Shown here piece by piece: positions 1 to 12,815 of a stretch of DNA of 64,000 nt. The notes beneath the pieces are model-generated. The model was not told where the DNA came from, made no database searches, and worked only from the letters and a program-made list of their open reading frames with translations. The translations under genes and the position numbers were made by a program. Source of the DNA: Chiloscyllium plagiosum (Eukaryota); contig NC_057751.1 in NCBI RefSeq assembly GCF_004010195.1, positions 12,416,908 through 12,480,907 of the forward strand. Direction: 5' to 3'. Every line of letters starts with the position of its first letter. Position 1 is the first letter of the stretch.

Positions 1-318
1 GTTAGATGAGGAGACTAGGACCCGTGGACACAGCCTTAGAATTAGAGGGGGTCATTTCAGAACAGAAATGCGGAGATATTTCTTCAGCCAGAGAGTGGTG
101 GGCCTGTGGTATTCATTGCCACGGAGTGCAGTGGAAGCTGGGATGCTAAATGTCTTCAAGGCCGAGATTGATAGATTCTTGTTGTCTCGAGGAATTAAGG
201 GCTACGGGGAGAACGCTGGTAAGTGGAGCTGAAATGCGCATCAGCCATGATTGAATGGCGGAGTGGACTCGATGGGCCGAATGGCCTTACTTCCACTCCT
301 ATGTCTTATGGTCTTATT
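1..318 (+). mobile_element. CR1-type LINE 3' end
   Basis: Encodes TRTRGHSLRIRG...FFSQRVVGLW...GYGENAGKWS* (CR1 ORF2 C-terminus), then a 3' UTR hairpin and a tcttatg tail. Confidence 0.9.
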
Positions 319-559
319 AAAGCCAGTGAAATTGATGACATACAAGGAAGTTGTGTGAATTTAGCAACTTTCAAATGGCAAAAACACAATGGAGGGTATC
401 AGTGTGAAGGCAAAATTTTGTCTCTGTTTAACGGTTGCACTTTCCAACTGTATCATGGAGAGATATATCAATGACAAGTAGGATGGTAAAGATGAGTACA
501 AGAAGGATATCGTGTTAGTGACAGAAGAGTCTCTAACAGCAGCTGATGAAGTCAGGCTG

Positions 560-619
560 TTCTCCTGCTCTTCAGATGCTGCCTGACCTGCTGTGCTTTT
601 CCAGCACCCACTCTCGACT
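560..619 (+). mobile_element. Short Penelope-like terminal fragment
   Basis: tctcctgctc..gatgctgcctgacctgctgtgcttttccagcac, shared with elements at 17.0, 41.3, 52.8 and 60.0 kb. Flanked by aagtcaggctg / aagtcggctg. Confidence 0.7.
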
Positions 620-707
620 AAGTCGGCTGATGCTTGAATATCGTATGTAAGCAACCACCCTCAACTTTGGCATAAGTCCTGAAATATGCATGAAGAAGTA
701 TTTTCAT

Positions 708-1105
708 TGCCAGCAACAATTCATGCTTTTGTTCCTTTCTAGTAAATCAACTTCAGAAAAAATCAATAGTTTCAGGGCAGCCAATGACAAATAGTTTTGT
801 AATCCTAATATGCTCTGTTAGTGGGCAACAAGGGCAAATGTGAGGTAACAATTCTACAAACCAGAGTCCTTGCTGACAGCCCTGCTACTTCTCAACAGGG
901 GATAAAGGGAGAGCACAAAGAGAATCATACATCCTTCTTTGCTGATTCAAAGCCCGTAAGTCCTGAGAATCTGAGATTGGATTTCAGCTTGCTGCTTGAG
1001 CAAAATTACATATAAGCCATTCAAACCTTTGAGCCTGCTCTGCCATGCATTAAGATTATGGCTAGTCTGATTGTAACCTCAAATCAACTCTCCCCTATCC
1101 CTGAT
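708..1105 (+). repeat. Local direct duplication, copy 1
   Basis: Colinear, high identity with 1991-2387; paired ORFs 821..1015 and 2103..2297 are near-identical. Confidence 0.95.
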
Positions 1106-1990
1106 TGGAAGTGCCTTGGTTGTGTCCTGATTTGATACTCAGATTGCAACCAAGTGCTCAATTCGGTTTTATTCTTTCTGCTCGTTAGAGCAGTTGACTC
1201 AACTGAACATCCTGTTAGGCCAGTTCAGAGAGTAGTTAAAAAGCAAAACAGCTACTTCAGGTACTCAAGTTACATATAGGCCAGACCAGGTAAGCATGGC
1301 AGGTTTCCATTCCTGTGATGCAATCCCACAGTATTACCAAGAATTTTCCTGAAACCAGCTTCTTATTCCAACTTCCCTGCTCTCCTCATTTTGGTGACCT
1401 AATCACCTTCAGTAATTGATCAGTGTTGAGGCCATCTAATTTTGTAAAAAAATGGGTCTAATTGCCTCTTTTCCATTTCATGTTTATAACTCATTGGCTG
1501 CTTTCCAATTATATGCTATCTGACAGTAAAGCCTGAAAATGATTTCCATGACCTTTCATTGTCACACATAAATAACACAAGTAATTACTGTTCTGCTGCA
1601 TGCTGATGTTACATAATGAGTGAAAAACATTGCTATCTACATGACAGTTATTTCACATTTCTTCGAACAATTACAACTTATGTTGTTGAATTGTTCCAAT
1701 GAAAGTGTTTATTCAGAAAAATAGTCTCCAAAATTGGCATGCTACAGGGAATTTGCAATTTTTTGTTAATGTCTGCTATGGAGAAAATGCAATTGTGTAT
1801 GCTATCACATTGCACAGTTGGAAGAATTTTCTTATGCTTTCCCCCCCCATGCTTAATGAAAACCTGCTGTGCTGTCTGACACATTGAATAAGTACCCTAA
1901 GTCAGGCTTTGAAGTGTGTCTTTTGCAGTTTTAATTTTTTAAGAAGTCTAGAAATATATGCTTCAGCAAATTATTGCTTGCTATTAATTG

Positions 1991-2387
1991 TGCCAGCAAC
2001 AATTCATGTTTTTGTTGTTTTCTAGTAAATCAACTTAAGAAAAAACAATGGTTTCAGGGCAGCCAATGACAAATAGTTTTGTAATTCCAATATGCTCTGT
2101 TAGTGGGCAACAAGGGCAAATGTGTGGTAACAATTCTGCAAACCAAAGTCCTTGCTGACAGCCCTGCTACTTCTCAACAGGGGATAAAGGGAGAGCACAA
2201 AGAGAATCATGCATCCTTCTTTGCTGATTCAAAACCCATAAGTCCTGAGAATTTGAGAGTAGATTTCAGCTTGCTGCTTGAGCAAAATTACATATAAGCC
2301 ATTCAAACCTTTGAGCCTGCCCCGCCATGCATTTAGATTATGGCTAGTCGGATTGTAACCTCAAATCAACTCTCCTCTATCCCTGAT
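1991..2387 (+). repeat. Local direct duplication, copy 2
   Basis: Colinear with 708-1105. Confidence 0.95.
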
Positions 2388-2840
2388 AACCTTTCCCATC
2401 CTTACTTAACAAGAAGCTATCCATCTTGACCGAAGAAATATTCAGGGGCTCCACTTCTACCACCTTTTCAGAAGAAAGATCCAAAGACTGATGACATTCT
2501 GAGAGAAAAAAGTGTTGCCTCATTTCTGTTTTGAACCAGCAATGCTTGATTTTTAAATCAAGTGATCCCTTCATTTTAAATTCTCCCATAGGAGGAAACA
2601 TCCTTTCTGCATTTAGACTGTCAAGCTTCCTCAGGTTCGTAGATGTTTCAATCGAGCCATCTCTGACCATTCTAAGCACCAGTGGATACAAGCCTTGCCT
2701 ATACTAAGTAAAAGACAATGCCCCCCACCCTGGCTTTCATTCCTGATATTTGTGGAGTAAACCTTCTCTGATCTGCCTTCACACATTTACAACTTCCTTA
2801 TATAGGAGTAACAATTCTTTGCACAGTCCTTCAGATGTGA
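2290..2840 (-). mobile_element. Old CR1 LINE 3' portion
   Basis: ORF 2377..2691 resembles a decayed CR1 ORF2 C-terminus (ERMFPPMGE..FKTEMRQHFF..KVVEVEPLN..MDSFLLSKDGKGY). Confidence 0.75.
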
Positions 2841-3202
2841 TCTCATATTTACATGCCAACTTTTCACAGCTTATTAATTTAAAGTTAGAAGCATAAAAGT
2901 AGGAGCAGGAGTAGACCATTCAGCTCTTTGAGCCTGCTATGCCATCCAACATGATCAACAAACACCAAAATGTTGCATTTAGCTCCCTCATCCAGGTCAT
3001 TCATGTTGAATGAATGAACAACTGAGGCTCAAGCAGTTATCCTTGCAGTACCCCTAGGTCAACTGCCTGACACTTGGATAAAGATCTATTTATTTCCATT
3101 GTGTCCAGTCTGTCAAACAATTCTCAATCCATGCCAATATATTATCCCCACTGTGTGCTTTACCTTTTCCCATTCACCTCTTATGTTGGATCTTATTAAA
3201 TG

Positions 3203-3497
3203 GGAGGCACGGTGGCACTGCTGCATCACAGTGCCAGAGACCCGGGTTCAATTCCCGTCTCAGGCGACTGACTGTGTGGAGTTTGCACATTCTCCCTGTG
3301 TCTGCGTGGGGTTTCCTCCGGGCGCTCCGGTTTCCTCCCACAGTCCAAAAATGTGCAGGTCAGGTAAATTGGCCATGCTAAATTGCCTGTAGTGTTAGGT
3401 GTAGGGGAATGGGTCTTGGTGGGTTGTGCTTCGGCGGGTCGGTGTGGACTTGTTGGGCTGAAGGGCCTGTTTCCATACTGTAAGTCATCTAATCTAA
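3203..3497 (+). mobile_element. HE1-like tRNA-derived SINE (V-SINE core, CR1-type tail)
   Basis: B-box-like gggttcaattccc, core tgtgtggagtttgcacattctccc, tail gggcctgtttcca...atctaatctaa. Confidence 0.9.
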
Positions 3498-4174
3498 AAA
3501 CCCTCTGAAATTCGTCATACACCACATCTATTTTTATTCTATCAGTTACATCCTCATTTTGTGCTTATTCTTTGCTGTTTATTAGATTCAGACCAAACTT
3601 CTCATGTGCCACCTTTCTTTCCACAATTAATTTTTTTTAACAATTTGATATTGTGGTTAACTTTTCCAGTGGGTGGTGTATTATTCTAGTATTATCAAAG
3701 TATTCTCTGAACCCTTCCCCACTCTGCATCTCTTCCCTTCTATTTCTGTTTTTTTTTAATACTTGAGATATTTTCAGTTAAAAGAGTAATACATATAGAG
3801 CAAAACTAATTAGAAACATTTTATGATTATTTATTCCCCAGTAATGGGATGATGAGATTAACTGCAAGACTCTTCCACCCTGACTGACAGCTACAACCTT
3901 GGCCCAAACTGATGTGTGACTGTGAACCTTTCAAGAGTATGGCTCCCCAGTATGATGTTTTATCAACTATGTTGTCAAAAGGCAACAACACAGTTTTGGA
4001 CCTGGAGTCATGCATTTGGTGGCTGGATCCTGAGTGACTTGGAAGCTCAATCTGCTTCCCTTTTCTCTGTTGAGTGCATATGCGTATTTCAACCTGGCTT
4101 GTCTAGGACATTAAGCTACTGGAGCAGGCATCCTCTGCTATGCAAAGCTGAGAACATTTTGATATCACTCAATC

Positions 4175-4931
4175 AATGCATTTTACATTTTAAGGGTAGG
4201 GCTTACATTGTTAATGGTAGAGCCTTGGATAGTGTTGTAGAACAGAGGGACCTAGGGGTTCAGGCACATAATTCTTTTAAGTTTGCGTCACAAAGAGACA
4301 GGATGGTTAAAAAGGCATTTGGAATGCTTGCCTTCATCGCTCTGTGCTTTGAGTATAGGAGTTGGTAAATCATGTTGAAGTTGTACATTACATTGATGAG
4401 GCCTCTTCTGGAATACTGTGCCTAGTTCTGGTCACCTAATTATAGGAAGGATATTATTAAGCTGGAGAGGGTTCAGAAGAGATTTACCAGGATGTTGCTG
4501 GGTATGGAAGGTTTAAATTATAAAGAAAGGCTAGATTGGCTGGGACTTTTTTCGTTGGAGTGCAGGAGGTTGAGAGACCACCTTATATAAGTTTATAAAA
4601 TAATGAGGGGATACAAAGGGTTAATGGTAGGTGTCTTTTCCCTAGGATGGGAAATATCCTTGGGGTTCTTAAGGTGAAAGAATAGAGATTTAAAAAAGAC
4701 ACTGGGGGGCAGATTTCTTACACAGACAGTGTTTGCATGTGTAATGAACTTCCTGAGAAAGTGGCCAATGTAGATACAATTACAACATTTCAAAGGCATT
4801 GGGATAAGTAGACAAATAGGAAAGGTTTGGAGGGCTACGGGCCAGGAACAGACAGGTGGAACTAGTTTAGTATCGGATTATGGTCAGCATGGACTGGTTG
4901 GACTGAAGTATCTGTTTCCATGCTGTATGAC
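4175..4931 (+). mobile_element. CR1 LINE, 5'-truncated
   Basis: EQRDLGVQ..VKKAFGMLAFI..EYRSW motif; 3' end gtttccatgctgtatgact. Confidence 0.9.
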
Positions 4932-4939
4932 TTTATTAA

Positions 4940-7910
4940 TATAACTCTGGCATATTTATTGGCTGAAGGTCAATCAAGTGTCAGATACAGAGCCATTTGC
5001 TGTGATGACATGCAAAACCCCCCTACCCCATTGTTAGCAACATTGATAACCATTCCACATTGGTGTCCGCCCTGCCAGTATAAGGATTTCTTTCAGCATC
5101 AACCCTGCTGCGGGTCCCTAAACCTCCTCCAGTGAATAATAACAACAGTATCATTCAGCTGTACAGCATGAATTCATTTCCCATTGTGAGATGCCTTTCT
5201 TTTCCTTCTGTGTTTGTGCTCAGTATTGCATTTGCATGTTGTGTCTTCACATCTTGTTGAAAAATAACTTTTAAAGCAGCAGTTTCAACATGTACAAGGG
5301 TAAATGTTTCTTTAGATTGGATTACTACAAAATCAGGAAGTCAATATTAGCTTGTGGCATGTGTAAAATTAAGGAGTTTTTTTTGTTCTAACTTGTTATA
5401 CCCAGAGGAAAGTAACTCTGGCTGAATTTTGAGATCACATCTGTGAAGTGAACATTGCACACATGTGAGGTAAGTATGAAATGGTGCTTTTGCTTACCTA
5501 TGTGGGAAGATAGCCTTTTACCTCCCACTTTAATGCTGTGTACATTTGTTTCCTCTTCAGCTGTGTTGAATTGAATGGTTTAAAATGAATATCTCCTTTC
5601 CTTCAAATGTCAGACGGAGGATTAAACAACTCTTAACATTTTTGTTCACTACATATGCAATTCATTATTATCAAATTACCCAAAAAAACCAGTTGCTCTG
5701 AAAAAAATGTGGATCCACTTAATATGGACATCACTTGATGGAGCAAATGCTTCCATGTGCATATAGACTGGCAATCTGAGGTAAAGGTCTAGTTGTGAAA
5801 TTACATGATTTCAGGACTGAATTTGCTTGACTCTTTTTCAGGTTGACCAACATTTCTGCAACCGCCTTCCCCTGTCATGTGACTGAAAAGCAAGTTTGTA
5901 ATTTGCATTTAAATCTTACAGAAATGGTTTTTCATGTACAAACCAGCTTTCTCTTGGTCTATTTCCAACCACGTTGAGGTGTGGCTCTAGTTATCAACCA
6001 AGTAGCCACTCCTTGTTATCAAGGGCTATTTGGTTATGTGAGGGAGCACCGCTGCTGAATTATGCACATCACACATTGATCAACAAATGAATATTGCAGG
6101 GCAATGACAGTACTTGGATGAGTTTATTTTTGCCCTGATATCTCAGTGCAGAAGAGAGAACATATTTTAGTCCTCTCTCATCTGAACAAGATAGTTAATT
6201 TGCCACTATGGTCCTTCCCTTCCAACAGTGTGATCATTTCAGTTCCAAGAGGGCATGCCCTCCTCTAATAGATCCCAGTTCTATCTGAAAACAACCTGAT
6301 CAGAGATTAACCTAGAGCAACATAAGGTGGGCATGTCCAATTTTCTTGGCATTCTTCTTGGTAGTTCCTGATCTGATGGTCATTTGGCTAAATTTCCAGT
6401 TTGGTTATCCTTCTGTGCCTCTGTTCCCACAGATAGATCAACTTTATAAAGAGTAGATTTTGAAATATGAAGCAAAATTCAAATTTTGAACCAATTTATT
6501 TTCAAAAAGCAGGTCTAATTACAAGGAACTACAAAGGAAGCAGCTCTTTACTCTGAGCAATTATCCAAACTGTTTGAAATAAGTGAAATAAAGTCAGGTG
6601 AAAACAATACTTCTCCAGATACTTTGTCATGGTAGAATGATATATTCACAGTGCAGTCTTTTTTTTAGAACTTTAAATGAGTTGATAACACATTGAAAGA
6701 GATGAAAATATATCAGTGTAATACAGAAACACCATTGTACCATTGCTTTACTGAACGCAGGTAAATCTGTAAGAGAAATCATAAATGATTATTAACACAC
6801 AGAAGACTAAACGCAGGAAATGAAGAAGCTGCTGATATTTGTTCCAGTATAAAATTTGTCTTTTGACAAACACCAACAGCAGTGAAGCTCTACTTTAAAA
6901 AGTTTGTAACTGAAAACCTCCCTAACTCATGTCCTCAAATCTACAAAGAACAAAACTTGGTTCTCTCTGAACCTTTTCCTAATTTGTCCATTACACAAGG
7001 CTCATCTTTTCCAAATTACTTGTTAATTCTATGTGAACACATTCGAGCTGTTCAAAGCTGTCAGTCTGTAAAGCTGCAGTGCCAGAAGGAAATGGGAGTC
7101 TTTGGAAATAGTCCAAGTTCAATACCATATGATGTTCGATGAATCTTTTAAGAAGTTTTTATCTTGCAATTATACCGAGGGAGAAAGTGATGGTCAGATG
7201 TTAGTTATAATCTGCAACAGTGAGTGTTTACAGGTCAGCACTTTGGGCAGAAGCCAAGTGGTTTTTTGGCAACTTTGTCTGTACCCAGAATCTTTAAGCA
7301 GATCTGAAACTTCCCAGGTAATCAATCACATATATAATCCAACCAAGTGCTCACTAAATAAAATACTCAAATGACTTTTTTTCAAAACTGTGCTCTTATT
7401 TCCCTCTTGTGGTTCTTCAAAGATCACGTGGGCATGAGAGATGGGGTCATAAAGGCTGAACAATTTCTGTTATACTCCAAACATCATTTCTAAATTTAAA
7501 TTCCATCCAATCACACTTTTAAAGGGCCTGAGTAATGACTCCCTTTCTAAAGGTGAAGGTCAAGTTATCATAGCCCAAGAGGATCATAGGACTGCTTGCC
7601 CATTAGAGAGGTTTTTATCTGTCTGAACATTGTTGGATGATATTTAATTAGCAGAAAAAACATAGACTTGATCCAAATATCTCCCTTTAAAATTTCTTTC
7701 CCTCTCTCTGGCTTAATAGTCTATGCTATTGTACTGATTAACAGAAAGAAATAAAAAATACTTTCATTACACACAGGATCTAAGTAAAAGGGGAAAGTCA
7801 TAGTTCAAAAGGAATATCCTATTTTATGGAAAAAAATCAGTTTAACTTTTATTTTAAAAATGCATGTGCAAGTTCAACTGCTCTTGATTGATTAAAGACA
7901 AGGCAGAACA
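4940..7910 (-). other. SFRP1: Probable SFRP1 3' UTR
   Basis: About 3 kb directly after the stop codon with no recognisable transposon, unlike the rest of the window. AATAAA on the minus strand at 7848-7853, 6495-6500, 6123-6128 and 4955-4960. The true end is uncertain. Confidence 0.55.
4955..4960 (-). terminator. Candidate distal polyadenylation signal AATAAA
   Basis: tttatt on + at the far edge of the repeat-free block, just before a CR1 3' end. Confidence 0.4.
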
Positions 7911-8236
7911 TCATTTGAAGACACCCTGGAATGTGGGACATACATGAGTCTTCATTTTCTTCACAGCTTTTTTGACTTCCTTGCTCTTTTTGTCCCACCT
8001 GTGAATAACTGTCAGGAGATTCTGTTTGTTCACCTTACGACCCATAATGAGAAAGTTACTGTTGAGATTGTCTAGCTGGTGGCAAGGGCAGTCGGCCCCA
8101 TTCTTAATGTACAAGGTCAGCTTCTTCAGGTCCTTTTTCTTGAGTGGTCCCAGTTTCAGAGGCTTTTTCTTCTTCTGTGGAATGATTTTCCGATCTCCAT
8201 TCTCCTTCTTGACTTCTTTGATCTTCATTTTGAGAG
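7911..8236 (-). CDS. SFRP1: Secreted frizzled-related protein 1, last coding exon (NTR/netrin-like domain C-terminal part)
   Basis: Translation (A)LKMKIKEVKKENGDRKIIPQKKKKPLKLGPLKKKDLKKLTLYIKNGADCPCHQLDNLNSNFLIMGRKVNKQNLLTVIHRWDKKSKEVKKAVKKMKTHVCPTFQGVFK* matches my recollection of vertebrate SFRP1 exon 3. The C-terminus CPTFQxVFK fits SFRP1 rather than SFRP5. Phase-1 acceptor ...ctgttttattcaag|CT at 8237-8238; TGA at 7911-7913. The ATG at 8228 is internal, not the real start. Confidence 0.95.
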
Positions 8237-8699
8237 CTTGAATAAAACAGCACAGTGATTAATTAAAGGTGCCAAAAATAGAGACCTTTTATGAATAATG
8301 GACAACAAGTCTTGTTCATCTCTCTCCCTCCCATAGCCCAAGACTGTACAGTATTTGTTTTTGTTTTGTGGATCTACTCTCAAAAACATACACTTGAACA
8401 GCTGCAATCCTGCAATTGAGCATGTAGTTTTGCCAGAAGAAACCCTAAGGTATTAAATCAGCTTTCTTTCTCACATTGCCATGTTTTCTAACTCTGCCTC
8501 AGACATCTTGGAGAGTGGGTAGATTTCAATTTAGATATTATTCCCCATCCCTTTTCATCCAGACAGAGTGAATACACAACTGATGAAATTTAAGACAGCT
8601 CGCCATGGTTGAACCTGCTTTGGTTTCAAGTGCATTGAGACTAAAATTTGTCCATGGGTTCCTAACCTTCAAAAGATAGATGTCAGATCTCAGGTTTTC

Positions 8700-8870
8700 C
8701 AAGAAATTGCTAAATACAAGCAAGTTCCTGCAAGTCCTTCACAGGTCAGACAGCATTTGTGAAGACAGATGCACTTGATGTTTTTGGTTGAAGTCACCAC
8801 CACAAATGTGGCCAGCATGTGAGTATTTCCATTTCTTTCCTTGCTTCAACATTTTGCAGTATTTTTGCTT
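8700..8870. mobile_element. Highly decayed Penelope-like terminal element
   Basis: caggtcagacagcatttgt ... cattttgcagtatttttgctt resembles the 38.9 kb element. Confidence 0.4.
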
Positions 8871-9579
8871 CTGGCAGTTTGGTTCTGCTGTATTCTAACA
8901 TGGAGAAGATGATAAAAAACCAAAGCCATGAGATTTGTGCCTCACTGTGTTGTGAATCTGAGCTTGAGAAATACATCCGCCATGTACTACTTGTCATTTG
9001 TTTCATAGAATGTCAAATATCATTTGCATTTTCTCTCAAAATTATTCAGAACCTTGTTAACCAATGCATCATGCCTTTCTTATGCCACTTTACTATCACC
9101 AGGCACCAGTTTTTCTTTTAAAACCTGGCTATCATTCTCAAACAGAAACTGGAAAAGGAACAGAAACCTTTCAATTCCACAACACAAGGAGGTTCCAACT
9201 GCTTTACAATTGAAGACCAAGAAAATGTTTGAGTCAATTCGATAATTAAGGTTCAGCTATAATAAAAGACTGAATGAGTGTTCTCTTGTTGGTGCTGCTG
9301 ATTGAGAAGGTCGTGTGAGCCATGACCCCAGTGGATTTCTCAATTAGCAGCAGACACCAAATCATCATCAGGGCGATATAGTGCAACAAATTACTTTTGA
9401 CAAATTATTTCCTCAGTGGAATTCCCAGCAGTTGCTAGACCTCCAGGGAATGGATAATGACTTGAAAGAAGTACTGTGCCCAAGACACTGAGGAGATTAA
9501 TTAACTTCGGTGAGATAGTTATTGACCAGAAGGACTTTGGAAGCATTGTATTTTCAATTACGTTTATACTACTGCCAGG

Positions 9580-10855
9580 ACTCTGAATTTAGTGACCAGT
9601 GGGGTGTTCTGCAGGTGTCTGTTCTCAGACCTCTGCTTTTTGTGATTTTTGTAAATGACTTGGATGAGGAAGTGGAAGGGAAGTTTAGTAAGTTTGTCGA
9701 TGACACAAAGGTTGGTGGAGTTGTGGAGAGTGTGGAGGTTGCAACAGGACATTGATTGGATGCAAAGATGGGCTGAGAAGTGGCAGATGGAGTTCAACCT
9801 GGAAAAGTGTGAAGTAATTCATTTTGGAAGGTTGAATTTGAATACAGAATACAAGGTTAAAGGCAGGGTTATTGGCAGTGTGGAGGAACAGAGGGATCTT
9901 GGGTTCCATGTCCATAGATCCCTCTAAGCTGCCACCCAAGCTGATAGGGTTGTTAAGAATATGTATTGTGCGTTGGCTTTCATTAGCGGGGGATTGAGTT
10001 TAAGAGGCATGAGGTTATGCTGCAGCTCTATAAAGCCCTAGTTAGACCACACTTGGAATATTGTGTTCAGTTCTGGTCACCTCATTATAGGAAGGATGTG
10101 GAAGCTTTTGAGAGGATGCAGAGGAGATCTATCAGGATGCTACCTGGAATGAAGAAAGCTTGCGGGAACTAGGGCTTTTCTCATTGGAGAGAAGAAGGAT
10201 GAGAGGTGACTTTATAGAGGTGTACAAGATGATGAGAGCCATAGAGTGCATAGCCAGAGACTTTTTCCTCGGGCAGAAATGGCTATAGTGAGAGGGCATA
10301 TTTTAAGCTGATTGGAGGAAGGTTTAGGGGAGATGTCAGAGGTAGGTTCTTTAAACAGAATGGTGGGTGCATGGAATGCATTGCCAATGGTGGTAGTAGA
10401 TGAGATACATTAGGGATATTTCAGCAACTCTTGGATAGGCACATTGATGATAGTAAAATGAAAGGTTAGATTACTTACAGTGTGGAAACAGGCCCTTCGG
10501 TCCAACAAGTCCACACTGACCCACCGAAGCGCAACCCACCCGGACACATTGCCTACATTTACCCCTTAACCTAACACTATGGGCAATTTAGTATGGCCAA
10601 TTTACCTGCCCTGCACATTTTTGGATTGTGGGAGAAAACTGGAGCAAACCCATGCAAACACGGGGAGAATGTGCAAACTCCACACAGAGAGTTGCCTAAG
10701 GCGGGAATTGAACCTGGGTCTCTGGTGCTGTGAGGCAGCAGTACTAACCACTGTGCCGCCCACGGGTATAGAGGTTAGTTTGATCTTAGAGGAGGATAAA
10801 AGATCGGCACAACATTAAAGGCTGAAGGACCTATACTGCACTTTTCTATGTTTTC
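9580..10855 (+). mobile_element. CR1 LINE (RT to 3' end), interrupted by a SINE
   Basis: PLLFVIFVNDLDEEVEGKFSKFVDDTKVGG; WAEKWQMEFNLEKCEVIHFG; the 3' UTR resumes after the SINE. Confidence 0.92.
10465..10762 (-). mobile_element. HE1-like SINE nested in CR1 3' UTR
   Basis: ttagattacttacagtgtggaaacaggccc ... gagaatgtgcaaactccacacag ... accactgtgccgcc. Confidence 0.9.
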
Positions 10856-11627
10856 TCAAAATATGAAACAGAAATTGAGACAAAACAATTCCTGCCAATA
10901 AAAATATTGATTGAAGATATAATATTCAATATTTATAGCGATTGAACTTTTTCTGAATGTTGATTGATATGACCCTGAATTCCATCTGCAGATAGGTTAT
11001 GTTGACTTTTGAAAATGCACTTTCAAGGATTTTTCGATTCACATTTCTTTCATGCACTGGTTAGTTGAAAGAATATCATTTGGTGTGAAATGCTTAAGAA
11101 ATTAATATATATGCAGGCAGTCCAGACCGAGAAATGACTCTTTTCTCATGATGTAAGTGTTGAAGGCAAGGTTGGCGTTTCATTTCCCATCTCTTGCTGT
11201 TCTGTGGATTTGTTGAACTTCTGGTAATATAGACACAATGCAGTGCTGTGGTTGGTCTTGTATTTGGTCAGTTCCCCATCTCCTGAAATTGTGACCCATT
11301 CCCTCCTTCACATTTTATTATGTGGTTGTAAAAAGTCATTTTAAAATGTGCATTCCTGCCTTTAATTGTCTGTGGGTTCAGTTTTGACACAATTTCTTCG
11401 AAAACTGCTCCTGTCTTCCTGGCAAATCCATCCACCAAGAACAGCTGTATTAGCTCAGCACCAAAGTTTCAAACATTGTCTTTACATTTTCTCAATACCA
11501 TTTATGAAAGCAAAACAAAAGTTTAATGCAAGCAGTGAAACAATTGCATTCATGGTCCAATTATCATTGATCATGCTCTTCTTCATTTCAAAATAAGCCA
11601 AGATATTGATGCTTTGGATTGATGCTC

Positions 11628-11871
11628 TTCTGCCTCACAGCACCAGAGACCCAGGTTCAATTCCCACCTCGGGCAACTGTCTGTGTGGAGTTTGCACATT
11701 CTCCCCATGTCTGTGTGGGTTTCCTCCCACAATCCAAAAATGCTAAATTGCCTGTAGTATTAGGTGTAGGGGAATGGGTCGGTGGGGGGGGGCGGGGGGG
11801 AGTGGCGGTGGGTCGGTGTGGACTTGTTGGGCCGAAAGGCCTGTTTCCACTCTGCAAGTAATCTAATCTAA
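11628..11871 (+). mobile_element. HE1-like SINE (internally deleted)
   Basis: Same core and (atcta)n tail as 3203-3497. Confidence 0.88.
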
Positions 11872-11914
11872 AGAAATGCTGTTATCCTCCTACCACAACT
11901 AAATAGAGAGAACA

Positions 11915-12165
11915 TCATTGCAGGAATTTCTCAGGGCCATATCTGAGGCCCAGTTATCTTCAGCTGCTTCACTAATGAGCTTCCCCCATTTCAGCAGTCA
12001 GGGGTGAAATTGTTTACTGATAATTATAACTTTCAATTTGCCAGTTCTCAGATAATGAACCATTTCATACTCTCACAGGGCAAAACCGAGATAACTTCAC
12101 ATTGAACAAATTAGGGGAATTAATTTGGGTGCCACACAAATGCCAGGCAATAAGCATTTCCACGA
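11915..12165 (+). mobile_element. Ancient LINE RT fragment (CR1/L2 clade)
   Basis: Decayed GxxQG..LxPxxFSCFxNxLP-like coding sequence. Confidence 0.5.
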
Positions 12166-12437
12166 ATTTAAACACCTGGAATGTTGAAACAAACACAGAA
12201 AATACTGAAGAATGCAAGCTCAGTGTTTTGCAAACAACCTTTGCCTTCTGAAAGGCAGATAGCTAAGATCAATAAATACTGGCTTTTCCACTGTCCCCCA
12301 TGTCCCAAGAATGATTAAAAAGACATACTGAGTTCAAGCTGAATACCTTAGGTCAGGATGGAGTTTGCAGCCACTGATCCTTATTTGACTTATTTTGGAT
12401 GTTGTTCCATTTACTTTAAGTTGGTTGATGCCACAAT

Positions 12438-12600
12438 CAAGAAACATAGGAACAGAAGTAGGCCACTCAGCCCCTCAAACCTGTTCTGCCATTGAATGAG
12501 ATCATGGCTGATCCATGGCCAAACTCCATAAACCTGGCTTTGTCCCACTTTGTTTAATACCTTTGCTTAACAAAAATGTTTATACCTCAGATTTAAAATG
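12438..12600 (-). mobile_element. CR1 3' tail
   Basis: ataggaacagaagtaggccactcagcccctcaaacctgttctgccatt...gatcatggctgat. Confidence 0.75.
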
Positions 12601-12607
12601 AACATAT

Positions 12608-12815
12608 GACATTAACAAACATATCGACTTGGACCTCATTTACCAACCTCTCAGAAAAAGTGATGTCACCCACCACAACAGGCCAAGACACATAAATAGC
12701 AAGCTGGACAGAACATCAGCGCTTCACTGGAGGCTCACTGATGATGTTACCTAGCATGCCGATGAAACATCTGAGATCAAATTGATCAGCTCAATGAGCA
12801 AACTTGCAACCGGAA
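12608..12815 (+). mobile_element. Penelope-like element 3' terminus with hammerhead-like motif
   Basis: Encodes INKHIDLDLIYQPLRK (cf. SINKHIDLDPIYRPLQ at 32.9 kb). ctca-CTGATGA...GAAACATC-tgag at 12734-12775. Confidence 0.8.

Noticed and set aside
821..2297. Twin 64 aa ORFs (821..1015, 2103..2297) as a duplicated small gene
   Set aside because: GTG starts, no recognisable domain; explained by the non-coding local duplication
3203..3290. tRNA gene from B-box-like ggttcaattccc
   Set aside because: Head of a tRNA-derived SINE; no cloverleaf
8026..8241. Plus-strand 71 aa ORF
   Set aside because: Antisense shadow of the SFRP1 exon
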